Notes: generated by a model not told the origin, from the letters alone. A stretch of 64,000 nucleotides of DNA from Tubulanus polymorphus (GCF_964204645.1 NC_134025.1:21618299-21682298); one strand, 5' to 3'. Shown: positions 1 to 16,335, counted from the first letter of the stretch. Translations and numbers: made by a program.

Positions 1-556
1 AATCAACCGAGACAAATTTGTCTTCTATGAATTTGTTGGTCCTCTTGACTTATCATGCTGCGCTGGAACGTCCTTTGCTATGGTAACCATCTTTACCATT
101 GCAGAATTGAGCTCGACGTCGCATTTCCTTCACGGAATTTTGATACAATTCATTCGGCATTTCCGCAAAAGCTGTTAAGATCCGAACTCTTAAGTCCTCG
201 ATCGATGCTGATTCGTGTTTAGAATACCTCGGATCTTACGAATCTCCGCCGGAAGAAATCGCGACGAGTTAGGTCCGGAGATCTTGGTGACCATTCCCGA
301 GTATGCCCAAGTTCGATAAAACGGTCAACGAAATGGTGTTCACGAATTGTATAACAAATCGGTGAACACTATGGTGCTCCATTTTGAATCCACCGGAGTC
401 GAACAAACGTTTCATTGATGGATTGCAATAAGTTCAGGTATTTCAGAGAAATTTTGAATTTGAAAGTAGGCTTCCTCCATTAAAACGAAACGGCGTTCAC
501 GATTTGCAACTATAAACCGGAGAACCATGGTGCTCATCTCTTTCAACGACATGGTA

Positions 557-944
<388 letters not shown>

Positions 945-3900
945 TTATTTTTCATTTAACTACATTTCCACGATTAAGGACAATACAGAAAAATTGAGTA
1001 AAGTTGAATGCAACAAGTTCATGTATTGCGAAGTTATTTTACATTTAAAAGTAGGCTACCCCCATTATCATTACCAGCAAAAAAGGTATCAATAAACTAC
1101 ATAATAGGTGTATATACATGTATATTGTTACATCACCAATCAAATATTACGTTAAACAGTCCCCCTGTACCAACACCATTATACACGGATAGAAAGCGGT
1201 TGGAATCAGAGATATATATCATATAAATATTATATTCGTTACTATGTCGATTATTGCTATCCGCAGAATGATAATTATTGACTGTTTTGTGTCGAGAATA
1301 ATTTATCCCCGGAAAGCATCACCAACACCTGTCGACCAATTAACGTATCCCATTCATAAATCATATTAACTTCTGCCCGATTTATCATATCCTTTAATAT
1401 CGTATTGAAAACATTTATATCGAATACTTTATTTACTGCTGGCTGCGCGATAGATACTTTTATCGTTGTTTTCGTATTTGAAAAATCGCTAGAAATTTCG
1501 GTTTATCTGTAATGGCGTGTGCATTATCACAGCGGTTTAACACGGTTGGTATTTTTAATTAGGCAATTCACAGTCACACTGTAACCACATGGGTATGTGT
1601 TATTAGTTGGATTTTGATACGACCGTAACCAGCCGATGAAGCGGGGTGTTTTTCGACCTATCGCATGCGGTCGATTTTCCGCGCGCACGCGCAGACCCAA
1701 GGGCAAATAACTTCCGGTTTATGTTTTGTATATAAACGATGGTTATCATAAATATCCTTTTTTATTGTACCCTTGACGCGGTGTGAAAACAAAGCTTGGC
1801 TCCTCTGCTTCCCAACTTGCCATTTACCATCCGGTTTCCATGGAAACGCGATACGCAATCCTATCCATCTATGAGACCATTGCAGTCTGCACGTATACAG
1901 CGATGTGAGTTCCGTTACTGCGAAAATGGAGGGATATTTAGTCAATATTTTAGCGAATGATTAAAATTCAGTCGTTATTTGTATATCTGCCCGTCGAGTA
2001 ATCGCTTGTTCTCAATAAGCTCCACCATATTTCGAAAAAGGTCAATTGTTTATCGTATATTACGCATTTCTGTTTGTAAAAAACACCATGATGAACTCAT
2101 GACAATGTGACGATCTAGATATCGCCCACCCATATGCTTTTTTCACCGGACCACTGCATATGGTCAATAAAATGCGAAGTTACATACCTAAAATTTGGAA
2201 ATGGCCATATCATCTTTTCTATTAAGTACGGCAAGGATCCACCACTAAACTATGACGTCACGAGCATGATCTCTATACAGTTACAACATATAATACAACA
2301 GAATCGGCACAGGCCCGTATTAAGGGGCTTGGGGTCCGCCTCCTGCTTATGGGTGAAGTTCAATCCTGGATATCAGACTAAGGGAAACCTGAGCATGGGT
2401 TTAAAAAAAAATTAGTCACTCATTTTGTCACACGATTTGTTAGTCCTCGGTCAAAATCGGTTCGAACCTTCCTTAATTCGAGGCCAAAAATGAAGTAAAA
2501 CCTTTTGGAAAATCAAGTGATTTGAAGAACGAAAGGTATATATTTCACCCATTTCCAACCCAATGTACGAGAAGCCGTGAAAAGTGCTCCTCGTTTTATC
2601 TGATTTGTGAAGATTTCCCGGGGAGCTCCACGCGCCTTAGGTTGCGTTTGCACATCATATAAGTTCCTTTTGATGAACGTCGACCCCCTCCCCCCACCCC
2701 CACAAAATGTATATAGGGCTGGATACGAGCCAGTGGTAGCGTAACAAATTCCGTGATCATTCAAACAGAAAGACCTCGGAGAAAAGGATGTTGTTGATTG
2801 AGGCTGGCCGTGCCGGCGAGCTGAGTTCAACAGCCAGCCGTTCGACGAATTATTCAAGATTCGAATCTATATTCGCAGTAGATTTTTCTTCCGCTGAAGT
2901 CGAACGCGGATCTTTAGAGAGTTACGACGGGTAATGGTTCATTAACGCCCATATAGAGCACACAATACCGTCACTGATCACACGTTGCATGTGAGGCTGA
3001 TTTGATTAAAATCCCATCCATGCCATACACAAATCTTCATTCTTTTAGATTTGAATTTCAACCTTTTCTCTGAACCACGTTCTGTTTCCCAGAAGGTTTG
3101 CATGGCTTTTTAGATAATAGTGGTAGATGCCTATATAGGTCTCACGACGAAAAAGAATCGCGTAGGAAAACTGTTTATACGCATATACGACAAGCTGTAT
3201 GACCACTGGCCAAGTGGCGGTAATTCCAGTTATTGGTTTACTGGTTAGCACGCTTACTTCCTACGTGCGAGACTCTGGGTTTTATATGCTCGTTGAATGC
3301 GCGTATGTTTCATCTAAATCGAAAACTCGAGAATTTCTCTACATTTTATTCATTGTAACAACAGTCAACACATCATCGGATACTCCGTGATAACATCAAT
3401 GGCCCTACGCATAAGAAAAAAGGCGGTATCACATGTCATTTTTGATTAGTAATTCTTGAAACTTGGAATATATTTTATGTACATATACACGATTTGGTCG
3501 CGGAAGCTTTCAGCGTCTGAATACAATTTATATAGGAGACAATTCTGTGTGATTCTTATTGATCCGCAAACTAAACAAAGTTCCTAGATGAACGCAATAG
3601 ATGACATCCTATTCATATTTGAAGCAAAACGCTCAGGCCTATCCCATATACGCTCCGATATTCTGTCTGACTAAGATTAATTGAATTGCATTGAGCGGAA
3701 TTGACCAAACTAAGATCAGGCAATGATGAGTCATATATCCTATGTGCCATTCCATCACAGGATACAAGAGATGAATTAATCGAAATAATAGTCGCCGTAT
3801 CGATGTATATGCAACACGTCATCTTGCACTGACTATTCATAATCTGATGCGCTGATAATCAGTAATTATCAATCTAGAGAATCCGCAGGGTTCGAATTCT

Positions 3901-4669
3901 AAGGGATACAATGTTCATGACCGAACTAATTGTCACCCGGACTTTGGAGTTTAACGACTGTTCTAGTATACAGCCGTGCATAGTCATCACCCGAATCTAG
4001 TAAATGTTAATCTCGGTAGAAATCAAATTATCAGGCGCGAAGTTAAGCGACACCGAATCTCATATTTATTCGAATTAGTAAACCGTTTCGGCTCAGGGTA
4101 GAATTAACCGGCTAGATTTTACTTCGGAGCCGCGCAACACGCACGCGTTGTAGACTAAGATTATAAGTTAAACGCCTTGATGACTGAAGGGATTCAGCCT
4201 GTTCCCTCTGCCTATATGTTATGCAAAGGTAATAAGCGTATATCCTAATCTCAAAAGAGGCATCTCATCAAACATTTATCGAATAGAGGCAAAGATGGCG
4301 AATCCATTGGCTCTACAGATTAGCGTGCTGGCAATCAAAAGGTTCGTTTCGTGCGCGTGTTCTTGTTCTGTGTGCCTCTCACGGTAGCAACCGACGAAGA
4401 CAATATAGTTTTTAACACTGAGGTTAGAAGCTACGTAGCAAAATCATAGAAACGATTGGCTCTTGGTTGTTCGATGCGGGTGCCATCATGTTTAGCAGGC
4501 GATGGATCCTTTCCGTATCGCAGTGACTCGTTTCTTTTCTTTTTCACCGATTTGTCGATAACTCATTGGGCGTCGATAGAGGCTTTATGAGGATAGAGTG
4601 GTCGGTTCATTCAGCACAAAGTGTGCGGTGTCAGCGGTGTTTTCGAGTTAGGGCTGCGGAAGTTGACAG

Positions 4670-5400
4670 ATTGAAATTGAAATTTATTTTCATTAAAATG
4701 TAAAATGTTTCTACATTATTGGACGGTGTTACAAATATAAGTTAAGGAAGAAAAATGTAACAAGATAATGGAGCTATATGGAGAGGCTGAAAGTCTACTT
4801 GGGCCGTATCACCCAGAATCATCCATACCACATTCATTACACTCACACATCGTGCACACAATTAATAAACAGACGAATGAAAACAGAACATGTTTACGCA
4901 TTTTATACATCAACATAGGTTCGTGTAGAATGATATTTACAAAGATTGTATAATGATTTTATATAAGTACGCTTGAAGGCAGGAGTATTCTATCATTGTA
5001 TTTATTTCGTCAAAGTGATACGAGACCAGTTATTTTGACAGAAATTTTCTAGTTAAACTTCTGAAATAAAGTACTCTCGGTTTAAATATATTATGCGTAG
5101 GTTCATTGCAAACTTGGTAATTGAACTTCAGATAGTTTTTAAAGGTTCTGGGTAATTTTTAATTGACGATGTTATGTACAAAAATAGCTAGTTGGAGATT
5201 GCTAATATTGTCAGGAATGAACCTATTTAAGGCCCCCTATCTTTACCCCAATTACCAACTGCCTTGACCCAACAGGTGAATGCAACCATCAATATTCTGG
5301 TAATGAACGAGGTTTAGTTAAGCAGCAGATAATTCAAATCGACAGTTACCAGCAAATTGATCCACTTATACCATCAGCGCTATACATATGATACTGTTTT
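4670..5400 (-). mobile_element. Degenerate non-LTR retrotransposon 3' remnant (tentative)
   Basis: Minus strand ends in AATAAA plus a short (TTTCAA) repeat at about 4671-4688, with AT-rich decayed coding-like sequence upstream. Boundaries approximate. Confidence 0.35.
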
Positions 5401-6277
5401 GATGTGTCTTTTCTTATCGCATTTCTCCGACAAGTGCTACCATGAGATTATCATCGAGCTAACGGTATATTTTGGTCCAGTTGTTTGACAACAAAATAAC
5501 CTACGCCAATAGAATAAAGCTGACGTACGTATCGTCCAAACCGACGGACATTCGGTTTCGTTCGGAACCCATTCAATGGAAAATGTTGATGAATATGAAT
5601 TTTTAGTATGATCGGCATTCATTTGAAACTGTCGCCAACACGGCAGACACTGATTCGTATGTTTTTTGTTTGTTATATCATATACACTTGAACATGCAAT
5701 TTTACAAATTATGCACGCATGATGTTCGTGTTTAGAACCAATATGTGTAGACGATTACGTTTTCGCTAGAAGAAGTGCCTGTTTTATGGGGCCATTAGTA
5801 CAACGGATCTTTTTATCTTTATGCAACATTCGTCACGGCAATCTTTGTCCCCACTGGGTGTCACACGTAACGTCGTTCCGTCAAGCTGTCGGTAAACGAC
5901 AGTTTTTGGCTCCATTTGCCCCTTGCGCCCCGACTACGTAATGAATAGAACCGGTTAATAGATGTCATTAACCGTTTATTGCGTTTTGGTATCGCGTGAA
6001 AAGTGTACACGCGCGGGCGCCAGTTCCTCTGTAAGCTGATCTGGTTCAATCTTCCGGCATTGCAGTTGCGGTGTCGCTCGACGCAATTAGCTAATATTAT
6101 GACCAAACAATAATATAATATCGATTCAACATTTTCAGGCACGACCTATCAACGGGAAGGAAGATATTTGCCAATTATATACTTTGTGTTTCGTTTGTGG
6201 ACCGCGTATGTTTACCTGTGGACGTTATCACTTCAAAACCCGCTTCTATTCCGACCGGCACCGTTTGTCCTTAGAAA

Positions 6278-6354
6278 CCGGAACATCCATGGGGGGAAGT
6301 TTTCACCCTGCTTATCATAAGCAGGGTGAAAACTTTCCCCCATGAATGTTCCGG
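6278..6354. repeat. Near-perfect 77-bp palindrome
   Basis: CCGGAACAT..GTTTTCACCCTGCTTAT-C-ATAAGCAGGGTGAAAAC..ATGTTCCGG. Confidence 0.9.
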
Positions 6355-7379
6355 CGCATTATCATTTTCATATATAGAGAAACTCATGCTGTATAACCTT
6401 ATAGTAATCTTCTGGAATAACGATTTAACAAAAATATCAGATATGTATTCATGTATGCCAAGAACAAAGAGACAAATTAAGTAATTAGGAGTGAGGCAAA
6501 CTAGTTTGCTTCATAGTATTTCGCAAATGATTCATGCAATACAATTCCATTTTTAAAGAACAGACAGCTAGTTTTTTTAGGGTTAACATCATGAATTAGA
6601 TATTTAGCCTTTGTCTTTTCTAAATCTTATACGAGAAGTTTATTGTTTGATTTCGTCGCGTGTATTTTGCCCCGAGGACAGATAACGAAAATTGTTATTT
6701 AACATCAATATCCCGACACCGTGTCGACGATGAGAGGGACGATTTTGTCACGCGGCCGTGGCCTTATCCACTCGAACTTTCCAATGACACCCCTGGAGGA
6801 CGGATTCCATTTCCTCGACGTTAGCAAAATCAGTTTTAGTTGTTTTGAATATTTCAGCGCGATAACAATTTCGCAGTCATCTCTTCCTCGAAAAAATCAC
6901 CGAACGGAAATTGAAATGTTACCTTCGTATTTGCAGATGAAACAAACCGCTGTGTCATCTGATTCCGCCGACGAACTGACGACAAATGCTTTGACGTTTC
7001 GGATGCGTAATTATCATATTCGGTAGAATATGAAAACTAAACGAATCTCCGATTCTTATTCGTATTCATATATCATCTCACTGATTTGTAGTAGAGACAT
7101 TTATACATATGACCCAAAAATAAGTATACATCACAATCGTTGAAAATCCATTGAAGCAAAAACAATAAAAATCTCATTTTCTTATGAGTATTCTAGCAAA
7201 GGTTTTCGCGAGTTGTATTTTCCCCTCTTCAGGCATAGCGAAGATCTAGTAATACACCTCAATCCATCCATAATAACAATTTTCATTATGTGATTTTAAT
7301 TCTGGAGCCAAACGTAACCGATACGGTACAAATTTTGGTATATCTATATTTTTCAGCGCATCAATGATAACAATTATAT

Positions 7380-7520
7380 AATATAATTTATTTTTCATAT
7401 AAAATTTATGAATAAACTATGTACATTAAAATTGTAACATTAGATGAGGGGCTGTTTTTGAAGTAACAGTTAGCTTGTTGCACAAGAAACGGCCCAAAGG
7501 AAGAACCAAATATAATAAGA
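7380..7520 (-). mobile_element. Dispersed repeat, LINE-like 3' end; second copy at about 33385-33530
   Basis: Both copies share TTAGATGAGGG..CTG.TTTGAAG.AACAGTTAGCTT...ACAAGAAA. Each has a minus-strand AATAAA next to a short tandem tail. Confidence 0.55.
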
Positions 7521-8284
7521 TTAAGAGGAGTTAAGAATTGAATAGGAAGGAAAGAAATTGTCAAGACGATTTATCTTCATTTTCCTTTACAATTGCCATT
7601 CCACTTTTATCTCTCAGTGGTGGAGAAAACTTACAAGTTCATTCAATGACGCTTAAGAATTTACTGAAAATTACAGATTCGATGGGGATTGAAGCGAGCG
7701 AATTTTCCGGTTCCCTGGCGAGTAGATTATATATTTGCTACAATATTCAACAGTATATGTAGCCGCAATTCTGGACTGTCGCTTCAGAATCAACGATGAA
7801 ATCAGTCACCAAAGAACTTCCCCCGAGAGTTGTGAGAACGACTATAGAATAGTGTGCAGCGGATTTAAGACTTATGCATATATAGAATAGGACGTTATCC
7901 ACGGAGTGGAATAAACGGGCATGTACGTCACGCGATATACAACACAGGATTCGTTTTTTTAAAGTGTATGCATAGTCCATGGCATGTCAGCCAACGCAAG
8001 GATAGTTTCGGTGTGCGTGGAATTGTTTTCTCTGCCAGAGAGCAATGGATTAAATATTTATGTTCGCTGCAGCTTCTTGCATTTTACGTCGTCCCAGCAC
8101 GCAGTGGTGATAAGCATTTATTGGGGTCACGTGCACATATATGAGTTAACTTTATGCGCTCCGCCTTCGCATAATTTATTCAAATCTTAAGGGAAATTGG
8201 TGCTGAAAAAAATCAAAAGTCCAAAATCGTTATCATCCGCGTAACACAGCTCGATTATTCTGCTACCCCGTTCCGTCTACAATC

Positions 8285-8474
<190 letters not shown>

Positions 8475-8902
8475 AAACGATCACGAACCCAGACAGCCGA
8501 CTACGCGACGAAATGAATTTCTAATGTCTCCTGAAATATGACTTATATCGATTTATGTTTGTGGAAACGTTTTCGATCTCATTAAAAAGAATCGGAAAGG
8601 CCCATGAGATCTAATACAAATTTAACGCGCCTTCGAGAATCAAACGTCGCTTTATCGTGACGCACAGACGTTCGGAAAAAGTGCTGTCGCTGACGTTCGT
8701 CATAATAATGTTGAATAATGTACATTAATTACGGATAGGACAGGCACAATATATAGCAATTGAGACTATATGACGGCCAGATATCAAGACAAGATCGCCA
8801 TAATATCGGAAACTAGCTACTAAAGAGCCACTTCCAAGAAATCGCCCAACGACCAACGCCTGAAAGGAACCCGACTCGAATACGTAATTGCCGACATTGA
8901 AT

Positions 8903-9090
<188 letters not shown>

Positions 9091-10450
9091 ACGGGCATGC
9101 TGACGATCGAACACTTATCATTACCAACAGAGCCGGATCGGTGCGAGAGAAAATACTATATACATATCGAATTAATCGCACAGGATCGTGTATGGTATGA
9201 AGATTGATACGACGTAGGAGATATATAAAGATACATAACATAACATTTCAGCCAAAGCGTAGAAATTGTAGAATTAGTAGAATCGCAATACATATATACA
9301 TATATAAACCCCCGCCGTCTCGGTAATTATTCATTCGAGCGTAGGTAGCGTAACGCGGCCCTTTCGCCATTTCAAGTCTCACAGGCGGAATTTATATGTA
9401 AAATTCGATGGTTCGGTTGAAGCTCAAGTCGGCCAATTATCGCTTTCGCACGCAATTCCGTCATCAAGCATGCTTCGGAACATTATGGATGTAATCTACC
9501 GTAGAAAGAGAACTGACCATCTTGGCTGTTTTTAACCGTCCGACTGAAACGCGTTTTATCGTTCCTCCGACTCCGTGTACGTTTGGCCAGTTTCGACGTT
9601 GCCATGGAAACCGTATCGATGAGACTGCGTCTGCGAGATGCCAAATAACCGTATGCAGGCCTAAGAAGTCAAGCACGAAAACTAATGAAAGATTAAAAGC
9701 TATCTGCTTCGATAACTGTCCATTTACGAACTAAAAGACTACTTATTCGTGCCATGCCCGCGATACCCCCTGTTCATCCCCAAACTTGGAACGAAGAGCT
9801 TCGAAATCTAAACCAAACGCTTTCCAGGCCTAAGTCAGTTTGCGACGTTCGTATAGTTCCTAGAAAATAAATTGGCGCAGCTATATAGTTGGCCCATTTC
9901 TCATATTTCCACTTTTTCGGTGCAGCCACTCGACGGGCTAACGATCTGATTTACTTGGCGAATAGTGAAACGTGCGTTTCCATGTACTACTGGGATCTTG
10001 TTACTAACCGCTGCGGACTACTGGTGTTGATTATCCGATGTGAAGTGGCACCAGTCGGCGTATAAGAGGAAATATCCCGAGATAAACACCATCTTCGAAT
10101 TACAGAAAAGGTCTAATAGCCGTGGCCATGACGGACAAAGAATTCCGTTTCGAACTAAGATAATCGCATATTGACAAACCTATATTTGATCCAATGCGAT
10201 GTACAGGCATAGATTCTGGTTACATCCTTTGCAGTTTGCAGTTTTTGGTTGTGGCAGGAACTCATGTTTAAATGGGGTTAAAGCAATCAAGGCCTAGCAA
10301 GAACCTTTTACGGTTGGTTGAACATATAGTTTAGAAAAAAATTTATAATAGCGATAATAAGTTTTCTGTGTTAGTGGTTACTCACTCCGTAGTCCTGGCG
10401 GCAGTTGAATTACTAATTATGCCGAACGGCAAGTTGCACATGTGCCTATG

Positions 10451-11352
10451 CAGTGGCGGATCCATGGGGAGGGGGGCGCCGCCGGCGCGCGTCCCTCCCT
10501 TTTTCGCAATTTTTTTTAAATCGCAATTAAAAGTACTTTCGCGTCGGTATTGTATATAGGCAAGAGCAGCAATCACATTGGTGATGACTAGGCCAGCGCG
10601 GCGCCTGTTCAACTGTTTAAACTTTTGTTCTACCCGGTACCAGACATGCCGCAGCCACGTGTCATGCCACGTGCGCGGACTACACTGATGAATACGGTTT
10701 TGGCAAGTGAGTTTTATGATCCGTCTGGTACTGGCATCCTCGCTTGCCAGGGGTCCGGTATCGCTCCCGAACTCGCTTCCACCAGCCCCCTGGCCTCACG
10801 AAGCGTGATTTCATTACTGGCGCTTTTGCGCATGACGTCGTATATCGACACGCGACAATACTTCCGCGTTCACTACGTATTCGCTGATTGGTCAATTTAC
10901 CGGGAAATTCCATGGATGTCTAATGTCGTTTGTAACAAGCGCTGTGATTGGCCCGACCTGATTCTGGTCGGCTAGTAACGACTCCAACGACTCGTGAGGT
11001 CAAGGGGTTCGGGAACAGCTTTAGCGTAGTGGGTTCGAATCCCTTGACGGGTGAAGATGGGTACTGGTTGCCGGTAGTGAAATAAGAAAATGTCTTTGAT
11101 TGTAGGACAAGCGCCCTTTTTATTGTAAATAAACACACGCAGAACCTTCGTACTTCGTAGTTTATTACCTATGTAAAAGATTTAAAAGAGAAAACGGTCA
11201 GTTTTTCGGACACATTATTTGAATTTTGGGTCTTTAGATTGTCTCAGAAAGAGTCTGAGAAGCAAAAACTTCGAAAATTTCGCGCTTCGGCCAGGTAAGG
11301 AGATTATCGAGATGGGCGCCCCCTCTTTCCTAGAATCCTGGATCCGCCCCTG
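10451..11352. mobile_element. Non-autonomous DNA transposon (CAGTGGCGGATCCA...TGGATCCGCCCCTG termini)
   Basis: Terminal inverted repeats; CTATG on both flanks. Related elements at about 21131-21398 and 45287-45559. Confidence 0.7.
10735..11059. mobile_element. Nested MITE with 8-bp target-site duplication
   Basis: GGTACTGG at 10727-10734 and 11060-11067. Imperfect TIR CATCCTCGCTTGCCAGGG / CCCTTGACGGGTGAAGATG. Internally deleted copy at about 18486-18580. Confidence 0.8.
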
Positions 11353-12656
11353 CTATGTACCAAGTGACGCTTTATAAAATAAAAGTGCTGCATTACACTC
11401 AAGAAAAACTGAAAATTTACGCTCCCTTCAAGTGTTAAGAATAGGGAATAGCTGCGTAGTTGTCTTTTGAGATTAATAATAGATTCTGCAGATGGCGTTA
11501 CAGGAATACCATTACTTACCCAGTTAACCATTGTACCATTACAAACACTTTGTCAAGGGCCACAGAACAAAACTGAATAATAGTAATAACAATCAAGGGA
11601 ATAATAATAGGGTTTTCTGCTGGACGGACAGACACCCAAGTAATTCTACGATCTAAATGGAAAATGTCGAGTCGTGAGACATTGCACACGTTTACTTTTT
11701 GCTTGGTTTTCTACAAGTCTTCAAATATTTCCTCAAGTTAACCCGGATCCACATACGTCATCAATCTAAACGCTTAGTCGAAAGTATCAGTATTCGGCTA
11801 TGTAGAAACCAAACGTAACTTCTATCTTGATGGTGATGATCATGGCTATCACCTCATTCATTTGTCAAAGGTTTAACTATATGGTGTATCTAGAGTTGAT
11901 CGTGATTTATTTCGATGTCATTGGATCATGGTGATCGGTATTAATCTATGCGTAACTAGGCTGCTCAAAACAAATGACACTCCCAAGAAATCGTTTTTAT
12001 AGTGATTGTTATCTCTCGAAAACCTGCGGGTCAAAAAAGATCATCGAATCATCGAATTTATGTATTCTCCAAAAGACCGTCGCAGTCTCTCGACTTTCAG
12101 GATTCTTCTATAAAATCACGCGGCTTATGTTCTTGTTTGGACTTTGAAATGATCTTTAAACGCGCAATGTCGCAGCGGATGCAAAGTCTATAACGGCGAG
12201 CGATGCAAGAATCTCAAATGATAATCTTCGCAGTGCAACATCTAAGCTTAAGTACTGGTGCAGTGACGATCACGTCCCCGCGACAGAGTGCGCAATGAGT
12301 TAATACATGGTAAAACCTTTGGGATTTGCATCCGTTGATCAATAATGGCAATTCACTTTTCGTATGCCGTTAGCCGTGCAGCGCTGCCTGGGTCCGAGAG
12401 TTGAAGCAAAAATCATCCGGTTCTGCGCATGACCTGCCGCCGCCGCCGCCGCCGCAGCAGCAGCAGCAAACGCGGCTGATAGCTATGAGACGATACTCGG
12501 CTATGCGTGCCGCGCACAGCAGCAGGTGGACGACTGAGTTACGAGTTCAGATAAGCAAGGAACGCGACACATCGCCAGATAATATACAAGCGAGAGGCAT
12601 TTCAGGCGCAGGAATATTGACATCATCAATTTGGAGATAAGTACCGCGCGTAACAA

Positions 12657-12775
<119 letters not shown>

Positions 12776-15363
12776 CGGCCATGTTGGCCAGCTGATGGAG
12801 GCTGATCGTCTAAACGCAACGAGGTTATATTGAATGCGGATTAATAGATAAATGCATCCCTGGTTTTTTATCGTCGGATGCATTAATTCTTATTGTGCCG
12901 TGGTGGTCGTCCGTATTGTACTAATATTGCATTCAGTTTTTCTCTAAAGACGCGCAATTGTTCTCGAGAGAGGTCGTTAACTTTTGATGTCACACAGTTA
13001 ATGGCAATGCCACGAAGAATTTCAGAGAAATCTCCCCATAATTTTCATCAGCCATTGGCCGAACCGGTATAGAAGCACTGGCAAATGTCATTATCCGACG
13101 CTGAATGTATTGTTTCCCAACTCACTGATGTAATTAGGTGCGCCAACGGTACCGTGTATGGACCATATGCATCGTGGGATCACGATTTACATTAAGTTGC
13201 GATCGTTATTGAATTAAATGCTCTTCGAATAAGTCGCGGGGAACAACTACTCTGCATTTACCGAAGTATCCTATCTATCTAGCTCTCCGCTGCTGCAACC
13301 GTTTGCTATCAGAAATCGCAATCATTTTTACGTGATTGATATCTTAGCGAATCGTTTGTATTGTTGCCATTTGATTCTCGACGCGGGGAGGCTTCGGCGC
13401 GAACGTCTCGGAGAACCTGTTCGTGATAATCTCGTGTCGGATTTAATAATTGCCGGATTGTATACAGGATAACGAAGATCAAATCTTACTGTCTCCAGTC
13501 AGCTAGTGTGTGCGTGTGTGACGATTCGTCGTGCAGACTACGCCCATGTTACCCGCCAGCGATCTACTCGTTGCGTATTTACAGTCGCATTAGATTAACC
13601 AGCTATCAAAAAGGAGTTTACGGCACCGGCTTGTTGAAAATCGGTATACTGGTCAATAATTGTCGCAGCTCGTACTGATATTCAGACGACGGCGGGATAA
13701 AAAAAAAGATTCGATTTCGGCGACAAATCGTTGAATATTTCTTTTTAAGAAATTCTATGCTCTACGAATCGAATGCTCTACATACTTCGTCAATAATCCA
13801 ATCTTCGTCCCAGGAAATAAAATATGAATGCGCACATTAGGTGACCAAGGCCAAAATTAGATGCATGCAAGTAGGTAAGCATTTAGCGTTAATGTCGGAT
13901 TGAAAATGTAATTGTAATTTTGGAACGTCGGCTGCCGGATAAAAACGTTTTGACAAATATCCTAATGATGATTACGATTTATATTTCTCGCTTTGACCGA
14001 GTAAAAACCAGTCGGTTAACGCCGAGTGTTCGCTATTCTTGACGTCATCGCGCAGACGTCCTTCCGGTCGGCGCGCGTTACACAACAAGCGTTAAGGACG
14101 AATTCCCTAAATTCGATTTCGCCGGCTATTTTACATCAAGTATAAAAATGAAAACATTTTGGAATCCACGAAATAAATACATTCATATGCATATAATCAT
14201 CGTGCTATCAGATTGGCTTAATTAGAATTGCATTATGTGTGCTTGTAATGCGTATGAAAAAGCATTACACTAATTGACTTACTCCGGGCCCAGGGCTTCG
14301 GAGATTGTTTATGTATACGAATTCCAATAATTCCAATTCTGTTCGTACCAAAAAAACGAAACAATATCTGATGTATCGATCGTATGTCAGAACGGCTACA
14401 TGTACGTCATCTGGCAGGCAAAGAAGTAAATTATATCTCTTGTCAAGTTTGCCTGCAAGGTTTGTAACACAATACATCCTTGTGGGATAAGACGGCCCAC
14501 GCCTTTCTATCCAGTAATTGCCATGAATATTTAACCAGTAAACTCGGATACAATACGCAATTGCATGTAATAACTACTTGTCCACTTGTGGTCGTATAAA
14601 TATGGACGAACCATTATGTGGACGATGGCGATATCTAGGTGGGACTGTATATAAAAATCGAACATAATAAGACAGGCTTGTGAATTTCTAACAAAAAGAC
14701 AATTCTTAACTAAGTCGGCCCGGGCCGTTTTTACGAACAATTACCTTTAATTTGATTAAGGTGATGATCCGAATTAAAAGTAGCCATTTAAGTAGCCGTT
14801 TGGGGACTATTTAGAACACGAAATTTCAATTCATTTATTGTATGATCTATATTCTGGTTTCGTGATAAAATTTGTAAAAAATCCCAATGTAAACATATCA
14901 CAAACAGTAGAGGGACGCACGGCTTCTTGTATGACGTATAGCTTCGCCGGAATATTCATTTGCAAATGATAGATATATGTGGAATGCTCTTCCAGTTTGT
15001 CGCTTCTCCCGTTTATCGAATTCGAGTTTTTATTGACATTTCACTCATCGTGTACATGTCACTATCGGTTCCCCTTAAAGAATCTTCAAGTGTCTATGCA
15101 TGCATTATTTATGTAGGTCAAGATGAGATTCGCGCACGCGGAATATGGTCACCATATTATAGAGATTACGGAAAATACTCTTTTCAGACGTTTCCAGCTG
15201 GAAATCCCCGAAATTCCCGACAAAAGCAGAATGTACTTTTTATGGCGTCAGTAGAAATCAAATACGAATTTTAATGGAAAAACTCGTCGATAAAATTTGC
15301 ATATTGAGAGATTTGTCATCATCATCGGTCACAACTTCAATCAAGTCAATATTTTTTTTTATT

Positions 15364-15601
<238 letters not shown>

Positions 15602-16069
15602 GCAAGTCACTTGGCTTCGCGAGCGCGTAAGTGAAACGGCACTGAAGGAGATTCCATGTTTGAGATGGCGGTTAATAATTCCATTCGCAACTGTTAATAG
15701 ATTCTGAACACACGAAGAAAGTGTTGGCAGCAAATTCCCAAATGAGCACCACCGCCATGTAATAACCATAAACATGAACATTCTGCTACCAGTCGTTCCC
15801 AATAATCCGATCACATTGCGATTAATTAAAGGTTTCATGAAAAACAAGTGCCCTAGAAGCCAGCTGCGTCGATCGTCTGCTTATACAACTGTGGTGTACT
15901 TGAACGTTTTCGTCACTAAATTACGTTAAGAGACGACTCGAGAAATGATCTTCATCGTATTAAAAGCATGTGATGCATAGGAAAAAACTATTCGGTGAAT
16001 TATCCGCTGTACAATTCACCTGCGATTGAATGCGATATTGGCACCCCCGAATGTCGCAACAAAATACTG

Positions 16070-16335
16070 GGTCATTCGTAGTGAAAATCCATTAATTTTC
16101 GATGAAATTTGAACTTAATTTTTAGGCTGCCAAATCCAAATATTATCAAACAACTCATCGAATATATGACTTTCCCACTCGGCGTATGGTTCAGATTTCA
16201 CTGAACATTGCTTACTAATGAGAAAAATACATTCGAATTTGATTGAAATGTAGAAGGAAATTGTAGTGCGGTAACCCAGTGCCACTAGCGATCCTGGCGG
16301 ATAATCGCTGAATCCTCGCTTGCCACAGTAGCATT
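16070..16335 (-). repeat. Dispersed repeat; inverted copy at about 21885-22155
   Basis: Shared GCTAGTGGCACTGGGTTACCGCAC and TTTGGCAGCCTAAAAAT.AAGTTCAAATTTCAT blocks in opposite orientation. Confidence 0.8.

Noticed and set aside
11000-11050. tRNA gene candidates at GGTTCGAA motifs (also near 17440, 28390, 34512, 59510, 63772)
   Set aside because: No complete cloverleaf found; better explained as SINE or MITE parts.
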